Origin: an uncultured Gemmatimonadales bacterium
Lineage (GTDB): Bacteria > Gemmatimonadota > Gemmatimonadetes > Gemmatimonadales > GWC2-71-9
Reading direction: 5' to 3'
Length of the DNA: 64,000 bases
NCBI GenBank assembly: GCA_963779755.1
Contig: CAVZZO010000001.1
Coordinates: 672,001 to 736,000, forward strand
The position numbers and the translations under genes are program-made. Of the stretch, positions 17,230 through 26,923 are shown one piece after another; position 1 is the stretch's first letter, and every line of letters starts with the position of its first letter. A model generated the notes under the pieces. It was given only the letters and a program-made list of their open reading frames with translations. It was not told the origin of the DNA and searched no databases.

Positions 17230-17799
17230 CTATTGAGAGCGACATTGGAGGCCCTCGCCCGTCAGCGCTCGGAGGACCTTCAGCATGCGCTGATCATCAC
17301 GCGAGCAAAAGACCTCGGGATTGTCCGCTCCGGCCGCACCACTTGCTCCGTCGAATCGCCATTCTAGAAGGAAGGAGCGGCCATCATCCACTAGGAAGAT
17401 GGAAGGTTCCTGCGGCGCGGGCGGTAGCTCGCGTAAGCCTGCGCGCTGTGCCGCAGCAATTCGACTCTCCCAGTTGGCCGAGTCGGGCAATGCCTGATGG
17501 AACGGTACGTGCGCTGTATTCGTTGCGTACTCCTCGGCATGCCAACGCCGTCCCTCCAGCAGGAACCGGTACAGGCGGATGCCAGTGAGGCCGAAGCCAT
17601 CCCACAGGCGAATCTCCGCGTCTACACCAGGGCGCGAATCCGCAATACTGGGTAGAGCTAGGTTGCGAGCGAGTTCTGTGGCATACGGCGAGAGTTCCGC
17701 AGCCCCTGCCCGCGTCGAGCGCGGACTCGGTTGCTGCCCAGCGGCGACCGCGGTTGGCAGCGCCAGGAGCCCGAATATGAAACTCAGTCGGATCGCCAT
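17230..17799 (-). CDS. Hypothetical exported protein (cassette gene)
   Basis: 189 aa with signal-peptide-like N-terminus, starts just after R'. Confidence 0.8.
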   Translation of the reverse strand: MAIRLSFIFGLLALPTAVAAGQQPSPRSTRAGAAELSPYATELARNLALPSIADSRPGVDAEIRLWDGFGLTGIRLYRFLLEGRRWHAEEYATNTAHVPFHQALPDSANWESRIAAAQRAGLRELPPAPQEPSIFLVDDGRSFLLEWRFDGASGAAGADNPEVFCSRDDQRMLKVLRALTGEGLQCRSQ

Positions 17800-17807
17800 A
17801 TCAGTCC

Positions 17808-17949
17808 GCCTAACGGTCTGCGTTTCAGCGGCGGCGCGATGCCCCGCTCCCTCATAATCCTACGCTTCCTTACCGCGACCGCTAGATGTCCGAGCAATGC
17901 ACCAGCGGCCTGCAGCACCGTGCCCGGCCGCTGCAAACGCTTGTTAGCT
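17808..17949 (-). other. attC site (142 bp)
   Basis: AGCTAAC-AAGCG-TTTGCAGC...GCTGAAA-CGCAGACC-GTTAGGC. Confidence 0.92.
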
Positions 17950-18723
17950 GCCGGCCGCAATGACATTCTCGGTTGCGATGACGCTGCCGGCAGGTGCGGA
18001 GTCCCCACCCCGGGAGGCCCGGCCGCCCCCTCGGAGCTCCGGCGGGGCGGAAGATCGCTGGACGCTTGTCCACCGGGAACGACGCTGACCCTGCCCCGAC
18101 CGCCCCGCGGGGAGGGGCCCCGGGCGGCATGGCGGAGCCTGCCAGACGACCCGCGCAAGGAGGCCGGTGCCGCCTCACCTCCGCCAACCAGCTGAGGAAC
18201 TCCGGCGGCACCACCAGGAGCCCACCAAAAGATCAGCACTGGGAGGCCCGGCTGGCGCGTGCAGCTAACGGTCTGCGTTTCAGCGGCGGCGCGATGCCCC
18301 GCTCCCTCATAATCCTACGCTTCCTTACCGCGACCGCTAGATGTCCGAGCAATGCACCAGCGGCCTGCAGCACCGTGCCCGGCCGCTGCAAACGCTTGTT
18401 AGCTGCCGGCCGCAATGACATTCTCGGTTGCGATGACGCTGCCGGCAGGTGCGGAGTCCCCACCCCGGGAGGCCCGGCCGCCCCCTCGGAGCTCCGGCGG
18501 GGCGGAAGATCGCTGGACGCTTGTCCACCGGGAACGACGCTGACCCTGCCCCGACCGCCCCGCGGGGAGGGGCCCCGGGCGGCATGGCGGAGCCTGCCAG
18601 ACGACCCGCGCAAGGAGGCCGGTGCCGCCTCACCTCCGCCAACCAGCTGAGGAACTCCGGCGGCACCACCAGGAGCCCACCAAAAGATCAGCACTGGGAG
18701 GCCCGGCTGGCGCGTGCAGCTAA
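17814..18723 (-). repeat. Two tandem, apparently identical 455-bp gene-less cassettes
   Basis: Period 455 (17808 vs 18263); no credible ORF. Confidence 0.9.
18263..18404 (-). other. attC site (142 bp)
   Basis: Same as 17808-17949; R' GTTAGCT. Confidence 0.92.
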
Positions 18724-18760
18724 CAAATATTGGACCTGCGTACCTCCCATTGAACTCCCG
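18718..18760 (-). other. attI site of integron A
   Basis: CAGGTCCAATATTT-GTTAGCT; cassette homology stops at the GTT; no attC hairpin upstream. Confidence 0.8.
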
Positions 18761-18775
18761 ACCAACCAGAAATTC

Positions 18776-18804
18776 ATCTTACGGTCCGCAGTCTAATTCC
18801 ACAA
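18776..18804 (-). promoter_or_regulatory. Putative Pc promoter
   Basis: TTGTGG-17 bp-TAAGAT pointing to attI. Confidence 0.65.
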
Positions 18805-18806
18805 CA

Positions 18807-19784
18807 TCACCCCGTCTGGCCCAGCAGGTCCGCGGGACTCCGTACCCCCAGGCCGCCCCGGTTCAGGACATGGGTGTAGATCATCGTGGTCGAGACATCC
18901 CGGTGGCCCAGGAGCTCCTGTACGGTCCGGATGTCGTAGCCCGCCTCCAGCAGATGCGTGGCAAAGCTGTGCCGCAGGGTGTGACAGGTCGCCCGTTTGC
19001 CGATACCGCTGGCCCGCACCGCCTCCGCCATGGCCCGCTGCACTGCGGTCTCGTGGTAGTGATGCCGGCGCAGCTGCCCCGAGGCCGCGTGACGATGCCG
19101 CCGCCGAGCCGGAAAAACCCACTGCCAGGGCCAGGAGCATCCCGCTCGCGGATACTTCCGCTCCAGGCCATCGGGGAGCTCGACCCAGCCCGCCCCCTCA
19201 GCCAGATCCCGCCGGTGCCGCTCCCGCACCCGCTCCAGGTGGAGATGCAACGGCTGACGCACCGACTGCGCCAGGACGGTGACCCGATCCTTGGCGCCTT
19301 TGCCTCGGCGCAGCCGTATCTCCCCCCGTTCCAGGTCCAGATCCTTGACCCGCAAGGTGAGGCACTCAAGCAGCCGCAGGCCACTGCCATAGAGCAGGGC
19401 GGCTACCAGCGCCGAGACGCCACGCAGGTGTGCCAGTACGCTCCGGACTTCTCCCGGCGTCAGCACGACCGGCAGGCGCACCGGAGCCTTCGGCCGGGGA
19501 ATGCTCCCCATGTCCACCAATGGCCGCTCCAGGACCTCGGAGAAAAGGAACGAGAGGGCCGCCTGCGCCTGCGCCTGAGTTGAGGCGGAAACGTGCCGCT
19601 CGATGCGCAGATCGGCCAGGAATTGGAGTACTTCTTCCCGCCCCAGTTCCGCCGGAGGACGGAGGCCGTGAAACCGCACAAACCGCCGAACCCAGCCCAC
19701 GTAGGCCTCCTCGGTCCGCGGGCTGAAGTGCCGTAGCCGCAGGTTGAGCCGCAGGGCCTGCAGCAGTTTCGGTTTGGACTGCAT
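18807..19784 (-). CDS. intI: Integron integrase
   Basis: [16 protein letters not shown], IntI-specific [14 protein letters not shown]...[29 protein letters not shown]. Confidence 0.97.
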   Translation of the reverse strand: MQSKPKLLQALRLNLRLRHFSPRTEEAYVGWVRRFVRFHGLRPPAELGREEVLQFLADLRIERHVSASTQAQAQAALSFLFSEVLERPLVDMGSIPRPKAPVRLPVVLTPGEVRSVLAHLRGVSALVAALLYGSGLRLLECLTLRVKDLDLERGEIRLRRGKGAKDRVTVLAQSVRQPLHLHLERVRERHRRDLAEGAGWVELPDGLERKYPRAGCSWPWQWVFPARRRHRHAASGQLRRHHYHETAVQRAMAEAVRASGIGKRATCHTLRHSFATHLLEAGYDIRTVQELLGHRDVSTTMIYTHVLNRGGLGVRSPADLLGQTG

Positions 19785-19892
19785 GAGAGTATCCCCGCGG
19801 AAATCCACAAGCTTGATCCGCGACGCCTTTCCACCCGTACCCCGCCAATGCCGAGAGGACCGAAAACGCCCGCGAACTCCTCCCTTGTGTAT

Positions 19893-19918
19893 CGAACAGT
19901 TGTTTTATACGTTTGTTC
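19893..19918. promoter_or_regulatory. Two putative LexA boxes (GAAC-N4-GTTC type) over the intI promoter
   Basis: CGAACAGTTGTTT and ATACGTTTGTTC overlapping a minus-strand TATAAA. Confidence 0.55.
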
Positions 19919-19943
19919 TCCACGCCCCCGGGAGCTCCGACCA

Positions 19944-20891
19944 ATGGCCCGTAAGTTCGTCATCACGCTCCTCGTCCTCGGGGCCGCCCTTACCGCCCTC
20001 GTCTTTTTCCGAAGGCATCCCACCCCCCTCACCCTCACCGGCACCGTCACCACCAACGACGTCCTGGTCAGCCCCCAGGTCACCGGCCGGCTCGATAGCC
20101 TGCTCGTGGCCGAGGGCGACTCGGTGGCGTCCGGTCAACTAATAGCGCTCCTGAGCCCCGAGGAGCTCCGCGGCCGACCGGACCTTCTATACCCACAGCG
20201 CCGAGGCGCTCGGCTCCCAGGTCCAGGCCAGCTCGGCCAACCTGGCCGCCGCCATGGCCCAGGACAGCGAGGCCGCCGCCACCCTGGCCGATGCCCAGCG
20301 CACCTACCAGCGCGACTCGGCGCTGACCGACGCGACGGTGCTGAGCCAGGCGGACCTGGACCGGGCCCGGACGTCGTACCAGGTGGCCCAGGCCCGCGCC
20401 GCCGCGGCGAAGAAGCAGGTGGCCGCCGCCCAGAGCTCCCTCGCCATGGCCCGGCAGCAGCAGGACGCGGCCTCGGCCCAGGCGACGAAGGCGGGGGTGC
20501 GGCTGGGATATACCGAGGTGCGGGCGCCGGGAGCGGGGATTGTGGATGTGCTCGCCGCCCGGCAGGGGGAGATCGTGGGCCCCGGCCAGCCGATCCTGAC
20601 GCTGATCAACCCGGACGATCTCTGGATCCGGGCCGACGTGGAGGAGAGCTACATCGACCGGATCCGCCTGGGCGACACGCTTGACCGTGCGGCTCCCCTC
20701 CGGCGCCGAGCGCCGCGGGGTGGTGTTCTACCGCTCGGCGGACGCGGACTTCGCCACGCAGCGCGACGTCTCCCGCACCAAGCGCGACATCAAGACGTTC
20801 GAGATCCGGCTCCGGGTGCCCAACCAGGACCGCCGGCTGGCGGTGGGGATGACGGCCTACGTGCTGCTGCCGGCTGCCGAAGACCTCATGA
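19944..20891 (+). CDS. HlyD family periplasmic adaptor (frameshifted)
   Basis: VSPQVTGRLDSLLVAEGD; VRAPGAGIV; ADFATQRDVSRTKRDIKTF. Confidence 0.88.
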
Positions 20892-21882
20892 GCGCCATAG
20901 ACGTCCAGAGCATCACCCGGAAGTTCGGCGACTTCACCGCGGTGGACGCGCATCTCCTTCGAGGTGGAGGAGGGCGAGATCTTCGGCCTCCTGGGCCCCA
21001 ACGGGGCGGGGAAGAGCACGCTGATCCGCATGCTCACCACCCTGCTCAAGCCCACCGCCGGCACCGCGGTGGTGGGCGGGTACGACGTGGTGCGCGAGGC
21101 CGACAAGGTGCGGCGGGTGATCGGGGTGATCCCCCAGGCGCTCACCAGCGATCTCGACCTGTCGGTGGAAGAGAACCTGCTCATCTTCGCCAAGCTCTAC
21201 GGCGTGCCGCGCTCGACGCGGAAGGACCTGATCGCCCGGCTGCTGGAGGCGGTGGAGCTGTCGAAATGGGCCGACAAGCCGGTGAAGAACCTCTCCGGCG
21301 GCATGCGGCGCCGGGTGGAGATCGCCCGCGGGCTGGTGCACCAGCCGCGCATCCTCTTCCTGGACGAGCCCACCACCGGGCTGGACCCGGTCTCCCGCAC
21401 CGCCGTCTGGGAGATGCTGCGCGAAGATCAAGGCGGAGCACGACCTCACGGTGCTGCTCACCACCCACTACATGGACGAGGCCGACCGGCTGTGCGACCG
21501 GGTGGCCATCGTGGACCACGGGCAGCTGCTGGCGCTGGACTCGCCCATCCACCTGAAGGCGGCGATCCCGGGCGAGAACACGCTGGACGTGAGCTTCGAG
21601 CAGCCGCCCGCCGGCTGGGCCGAGCGACTGCGGAGCCTGCCCGGGGTGGAGAGCGTGGACGGGGAGGGAGCGGTCTACCGCATCCTTTCCGGCAACGGCC
21701 CCGCCACCACCACGGCTCTCCTGGGCCTGGCCGCCGGGCAGGGCGTCGCCATCCGGTCGCTGGGCGTGCAGAGCACCACGCTGGACGATGTGTTCGTGCA
21801 CTACACCGGTCACGAGCTGCGGGACGAGCTGGTGGAGGCCTCGGCGCTGGACCGGAGCGTCATCGCCTCGCGGAGGCGCTGA
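20888..21882 (+). CDS. ABC transporter ATP-binding protein (frameshifted)
   Basis: GPNGAGKST, LSGGM, LFLDEPT, LTTHYMDEA. Confidence 0.92.
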
Positions 21883-21885
21883 GCC

Positions 21886-23016
21886 ATGGAGCGGATGTGG
21901 GCCATCGTGGAGCGGGACATGCGGCGCTTCCGCCGCAGCCCGATGCTGATCTTCGTCTCGCTCATCTTCCCCATCGTGCAGCTGGTGGTGCTGGGCTACG
22001 CCTTCGGCGGACAGGTGAAGCACCTGAAGCTGGGCGCTGGTGGACCAGGACGGCCACGTCCCCGCCGTCCAGCTCCAGGCCCTGGGGAACGCCATCACCG
22101 CCAACGCCAGGACCTTCTCTTTCATTAGATACGACGACCAGGGCCGGGCCCTCACCGCCCTGCGCAACGGCCAGCTCAACGGCGTCCTGACCATCCCGCC
22201 CGGCTTCTCGCGCCGAGTGCTGGCGGGCGAGTCGCCCAGAGTGGCGCTGATCGAAGACAACACCGACAACTTCGTCGCCTCCGCCCTGGCCAACAGCGTG
22301 AACGGCATGGTCCGCGCCTACGGAGACCCGCTCCCGTCTTCCTCCCGTCCAGTCTCCCGTCTTTCTTCCCGTCCTTCTCTCGACATCGTCGAGCTCTACC
22401 CCTACGTCCCCTACATCCAGTACCTGCTGCCGGGCAGTATCGTCATGTCCATCTTCATGATGGTGATGATCGGCGGCGGGATCATCTTCATCGACGACAA
22501 GGCGCGGGGGCTGCACGAGGGCTACCTGGTCACCCCCATCACCCGGTTCGAGCTGATCCTGGGGTTCAACGTGGCCGGTGCCGCCAAGGCGATCATGGCC
22601 GGCACGGTGCTGATGCTGGTGGGCTCGGTGATCGCCGGGATCCCCAACCCCTGGGATCCGCTCCGGCTGCTGCGGCTCCTGGTGGTGGTGGCGGCGGCGT
22701 CGGTGGCGCTGGTGAGCATGATGTTCCTCTTCATGGTGCGGATGAGCGATCCGCTGCTGCCCCGGGCGCTCTTCGGCGTGCTCAACACGCTGCTCTTCTT
22801 CCCCAGCGGCGCGGTCTATCCCCAGCAGGCCTTCCCCGGCTGGATGCGGGTGATCGCCAAGGTGGATCCCGTTCACCTACGCGGTGCACGCGCTGAAGAG
22901 CCTGCTGCTCAAGAACACCGGCTTCAGCGCCATCTGGCTCGACCTGGCCTATCTGGCGCGCCTTCGCCGCGGTGACCATGACGGCGGCGACGCTCCTGTT
23001 CCGGAGAGAGCTGTGA
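21886..23016 (+). CDS. ABC-2 type permease (frameshifted)
   Basis: YIQYLLPG, FFPSGAVYP, multiple TM segments. Confidence 0.88.
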
Positions 23017-23693
23017 TGGACGGCGGTAAGGGCGGTAAGGGCGGTAGCGGCGGTAAAGGGAGCCGGCCCAGGCATGACGAGGCCACGCGCGATCGGCCTG
23101 ATGGCCGCGGCGCCGGCGGCTCTTCGCGCGAGCGGGGCTACCACGGTGTCGTGGTGCGCGACCTCTGCGACGCGGCCGGCGCCAACCTGGCGGCGGTGAA
23201 CTACTACTTCGGCGGGAAGCTGGGGCTCTACCGGGCGGTGCTGGAGGAGGTGCTGGGGAAGATCCGGGATTTCCCCATCCTCAGGGCGCCGCCGGGGAGC
23301 AGCGCGGAGGAGCGGATCCGGCACTACGTGCTGAACTACGTGCCCAGGCTGGCCAATCCCGAGGGCCCCGGCGTCATGATTCAGCGGATCATGAGCCACG
23401 AGATGCAGGAGCCGACCGAGCTGGCGCCGTGGATCGCGCAGGAGGTGATCCTGCCGCGGGCGCGGTACCTGGCCGAGGCGGTATCAGAGCTCATGGGTTG
23501 CGCGCTCGATGATCCCCGGGTGGGGCGGTGCGTGATCAGTCTCCAGGCGCAGTGTCATTTCTATCTGCCCAGCCGGTTCCGGGCGCGGGCGATGCCGGAG
23601 GCAGACCGGTACCTCAAGGAGTCGCTGCCCGAGGCGGCGGAGCATATCGTGGAGTTCACGCTGGCGGGCATCCGGCGGATCGCCGGATTGTAG
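23016..23693 (+). CDS. TetR family regulator with CerR-type C-terminal domain
   Basis: VRDLCDAAGANLAAVNYYFGGK..LY; EHIVEFTLAGI. Confidence 0.88.
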   Translation: MDGGKGGKGGSGGKGSRPRHDEATRDRPDGRGAGGSSRERGYHGVVVRDLCDAAGANLAAVNYYFGGKLGLYRAVLEEVLGKIRDFPILRAPPGSSAEERIRHYVLNYVPRLANPEGPGVMIQRIMSHEMQEPTELAPWIAQEVILPRARYLAEAVSELMGCALDDPRVGRCVISLQAQCHFYLPSRFRARAMPEADRYLKESLPEAAEHIVEFTLAGIRRIAGL

Positions 23694-23759
23694 CGTTACC
23701 TCTCCCCCGCGCTGTCATTGCGAGCCGCAGAGCGGCGAAGCAATCTCCGGAACAGCTAT

Positions 23760-24260
23760 CCGCAGATTACGCAGATTACGCAGATTTGTCTCCCTGCCAG
23801 GAGCAGCTCCGCGGAGCGTTGCCGTCTATCCCCCAACAAAAGAAGACTGAATTCTTTTTGGGTGCATGGGCGGGCCTCAGCGGAACGCGGCAGGTCCCCA
23901 GGAAATCATCTGCGTAATCTGCGTAATCTGCGGTTCCACTACTGGGAAGCGTCCGGGGGCACGGACGCCCGGCGTAGCCCCAGCGGGTTGTTTCGCCCGC
24001 TAGGAACTGCTCACCGCGAAGGGCGCGATGGGGGGAGCATGGGCGGGCCTCAGCGGAACGCGGCAGGTCCCCAGGAAATCATCTGCGTAATCTGCGTAAT
24101 CTGCGGTTCCACTACTGGGAAGCGTCCGGGGGCACGGACTCCTGGCATAGCCCCGGGGGATTGCTTCGGCGGCTGCGGCGCCTCGCAATGACGGCGGGAG
24201 TGAGGCTGGGCGACCCTCAGAGGCGAGCGGCAGGTCACCGCATGATCATCTGCGTAATCC
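23760..24260. repeat. ACGCAGATT/AATCTGCGT palindromic repeat cluster
   Basis: cgcagattacgcagattacgcagatt and atctgcgtaatctgcgtaatctgcgg; internal ~175-bp duplication. Confidence 0.85.
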
Positions 24261-24338
24261 GTGGAGCCTGCGGCTGCTCGGAGCGGGCGGACGCCGGCTG
24301 CGCGTCCGCCCCTGACCGCCTTCCCGCCGCTACCCCGC

Positions 24339-25157
24339 TCAGGGGGTAGCGTGCGGTTCCCCCGAGATGAAGTCGTCCATGGCCACCAGGTCGGCATCGC
24401 CGCCGGCGCTGATATCCGCGTTGCGGCCGGTGATGGCCGACCGGCCCGACTGGATCCGGACACTGGCCACGATCGGCGCATTGAAGCTGACGCCGACAAA
24501 GGAGAAGCCGGCCCGGTCGGAGCGCACCGGCGCACTGACCCGGGCGAGCAGCTCGCCCCTCGCGTTGAAGAACGCGAGACCGGCGCCGGCCTCCACGTCC
24601 ACATCGGAGAAGACAACCCCGAAGCCGTTCACCCGGGCGGGCGTGCCTGCTCCGGCGACGACGAACCGTACCGTCATCGTCTGCCGGCCCACCGGAATGA
24701 AGATCTTGGGCGGGCTGAAGGCGGCGAATTCAGCGCCGTACGCGGGATTGAGGTCGCTGAGGGCGTTGTCGCTCACCCGGAAGCCGCTGCCTTCGGTGCT
24801 GAAGAGCTGGCCCCGCGGGACCACCCGGTTGAAGAAATCCCCCGGGAAGGTATCCACGTTGACCAGCGCCGCGGCGACGCCGTCCCAGTTGATCTCCCGC
24901 CGGCCGGAGGCCTGCTCGCCCGGCAGCAGATTGACGCCGCCGCCCAGCACGGCGCGGAACGCCGCCAGTGCCTCGGTCAGATCGCCGCTCGCGGCGAACA
25001 CCTGGCGGCCCGACGCCGCCGACTGGGACACTCCTCCCGTGTCGTTCCCGTACCCCGGCCCCGTGGTATCGGTGGGGTGGTCGTAGCCGCACGCCCCGGC
25101 CGCGAGCAGGAGCAGAACCATCCTTGCGGCGCTGCCGCCGCGAAACATACCGGTCAT
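24339..25157 (-). CDS. Hypothetical lipoprotein
   Basis: LLLAAGAC lipobox-like; RREINWDG...FSPPKIF...MDDFI.GEP. Confidence 0.8.
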   Translation of the reverse strand: MTGMFRGGSAARMVLLLLAAGACGYDHPTDTTGPGYGNDTGGVSQSAASGRQVFAASGDLTEALAAFRAVLGGGVNLLPGEQASGRREINWDGVAAALVNVDTFPGDFFNRVVPRGQLFSTEGSGFRVSDNALSDLNPAYGAEFAAFSPPKIFIPVGRQTMTVRFVVAGAGTPARVNGFGVVFSDVDVEAGAGLAFFNARGELLARVSAPVRSDRAGFSFVGVSFNAPIVASVRIQSGRSAITGRNADISAGGDADLVAMDDFISGEPHATP

Positions 25158-25462
25158 GACTTGCCTCCCTGATGAATCGGGCTTCCGTGAGCCCATTGGT
25201 GAAGCGCGGTCACGCCGGCTCCTGCCGTGGGTTCGAGGTGGCGGCGGTCGTTCTGGCGATCGTCGAATCACCCTCGTGGCGCGCGGCACTAGTCTCGCTA
25301 CCAAGTGCGATGCGGCCAATGATCTGTCGTCCCCATTTCCTGCCCCGGCGTATCGATTCCGGTAACGCCGGATATTTTCCTCCGGTCCACATGACAAACG
25401 CCGGCGTTTCTTCCGCGGAAGAACCGGCTGCACACCCGAGACGCCGTCTGGTCCATGTTCTC

Positions 25463-26074
25463 TCAGGGATCATCGCGGCAAGTGTCCGCGGCTTCCGCCC
25501 CCGGCACGAAGATCACGTCAACATGCACCACGATGTGCTCGTTCATCTTGAACATGCCGAGCAGCTTCGACAGGCCGCGAACACCATGGTCCTTCACGTT
25601 GACCGGGAAATCGGTGCGGACCTCGATCGAGTCGCTCCGCCAGGCCAGCCGGGCGGGCAGGGTATCGAGCCGGGTGACGCCGTGCAGTGTCAGGTCTCCG
25701 ATCAGATTCACCCGGGTCGAATCCGCCACGTCGTCCGCCGGGACGACCTCCCGCAGGCGAAACCGCAGGGTGGGGAATCGTTCCGTCTCCATGGATTTGT
25801 TGAGATCCCGGTCGCGGTGCCCGTTGCCGGTGACCAGCGTGCCGGCCGGGGCCTGAACGCAGCCCCGCACCTCGCCCAGGGCCGAGCCGCCCGTCATGCC
25901 GCCTGCAACCGACGTGGTGGCGCCGGTGAAGTCTCCGGCCGTGGCGTGCGCGTCGAAGCTGAGCCTGCCCGTCGCGATGTGGGAGGGCGGGATGATGCCG
26001 GCCTGCGCGGCCAGGCTCGCGACCGGCAGGGCCGCGGCGAGAAGCAGGATCCGAAGAGTGCGGCGCATGATCAT
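25463..26074 (-). CDS. YceI family protein
   Basis: TGNGHRDRDL, RFPTLRF, GDLTLHGVTR. Confidence 0.88.
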   Translation of the reverse strand: MIMRRTLRILLLAAALPVASLAAQAGIIPPSHIATGRLSFDAHATAGDFTGATTSVAGGMTGGSALGEVRGCVQAPAGTLVTGNGHRDRDLNKSMETERFPTLRFRLREVVPADDVADSTRVNLIGDLTLHGVTRLDTLPARLAWRSDSIEVRTDFPVNVKDHGVRGLSKLLGMFKMNEHIVVHVDVIFVPGAEAADTCRDDP

Positions 26075-26923
26075 TGTCTCCAGGTGGTCCGGACGACCAT
26101 GCGTCCGGTAACGGCATCGGCCGGTGCGGCGTGGGCCTCGGCGGTGAGGCCGATCGCGCTGCTCAGGCGCAGGGTGGCGCCCGCGGTGAGGGTGAGCCGG
26201 TCCAGATCCACCTCCACTCGGCGCCGGTCGGTTTCGTTGAAGCGGTTAGTGAAGTTGACCCGGAACCGGGGCGCCAGGTGGCTGTAGCCGGCGCCGCCGT
26301 AGAGCGTCAGCCCTCCGTTCCCGGTTTCCCGCGCCGCCAGCACCTCGAGGGCGAAGATGTTGGGCCGGTAGCTGTCATCCGAGACCGTTCCGTTTAAGCA
26401 TTCGCTGGCAGGGTCGCGCAGCGCGCCGGAGTCACAGGTGATGGGCGCGTGAATCACGCCCAGCGTTGCCTCCGCCCGGAAGGCCAGCCGGAAGGCCCCG
26501 GCAGGCACGATCCGGGCGAGCGCGAGACCGACGAGATTGGCGCTGGCGCCGCGCACCCGGATGGGCGGCACCCAGCCGAGCTCGACCAGGAAGCGCGCCG
26601 GGAGCCCGACACTGATCCTCGGCCGCAGGAAACCGGGCAGGAGATTGACGTTCTCGGGTCCTTTACCCGGGCGGCAGACGGTGGGGGTGGCGGTGGCGCC
26701 ATCCACCCGCGAGAGGTAGGTCGCTTCCAGTCCGGCGCGAATCGACCACCGGCGCGATTCCGCCGGGACCCCGGCGGCGGTGAAGGCGAGCGGCACTGAG
26801 AGGATGCCGAAGACCCGTCGCCTCGTTCGAGCTCGCGCCCGGGAAGCAGTCGCCCTGGGCCAGGAGCGGAGCCGCCAGGGCTCCGCTCAGGACCAGGCAG
26901 GCGTACCACGCATGCCGGATCAT
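26071..26923 (-). CDS. Hypothetical exported/outer-membrane protein (frameshift near 5' end)
   Basis: Signal peptide in ORF 26663-26926, beta-rich body in ORF 26071-26796. Confidence 0.65.

Noticed and set aside
17784..18694. ~150-aa ORFs in the duplicated cassettes
   Set aside because: Low-complexity GC-rich translations with no RBS, crossing attC and frameshifted in the third copy.
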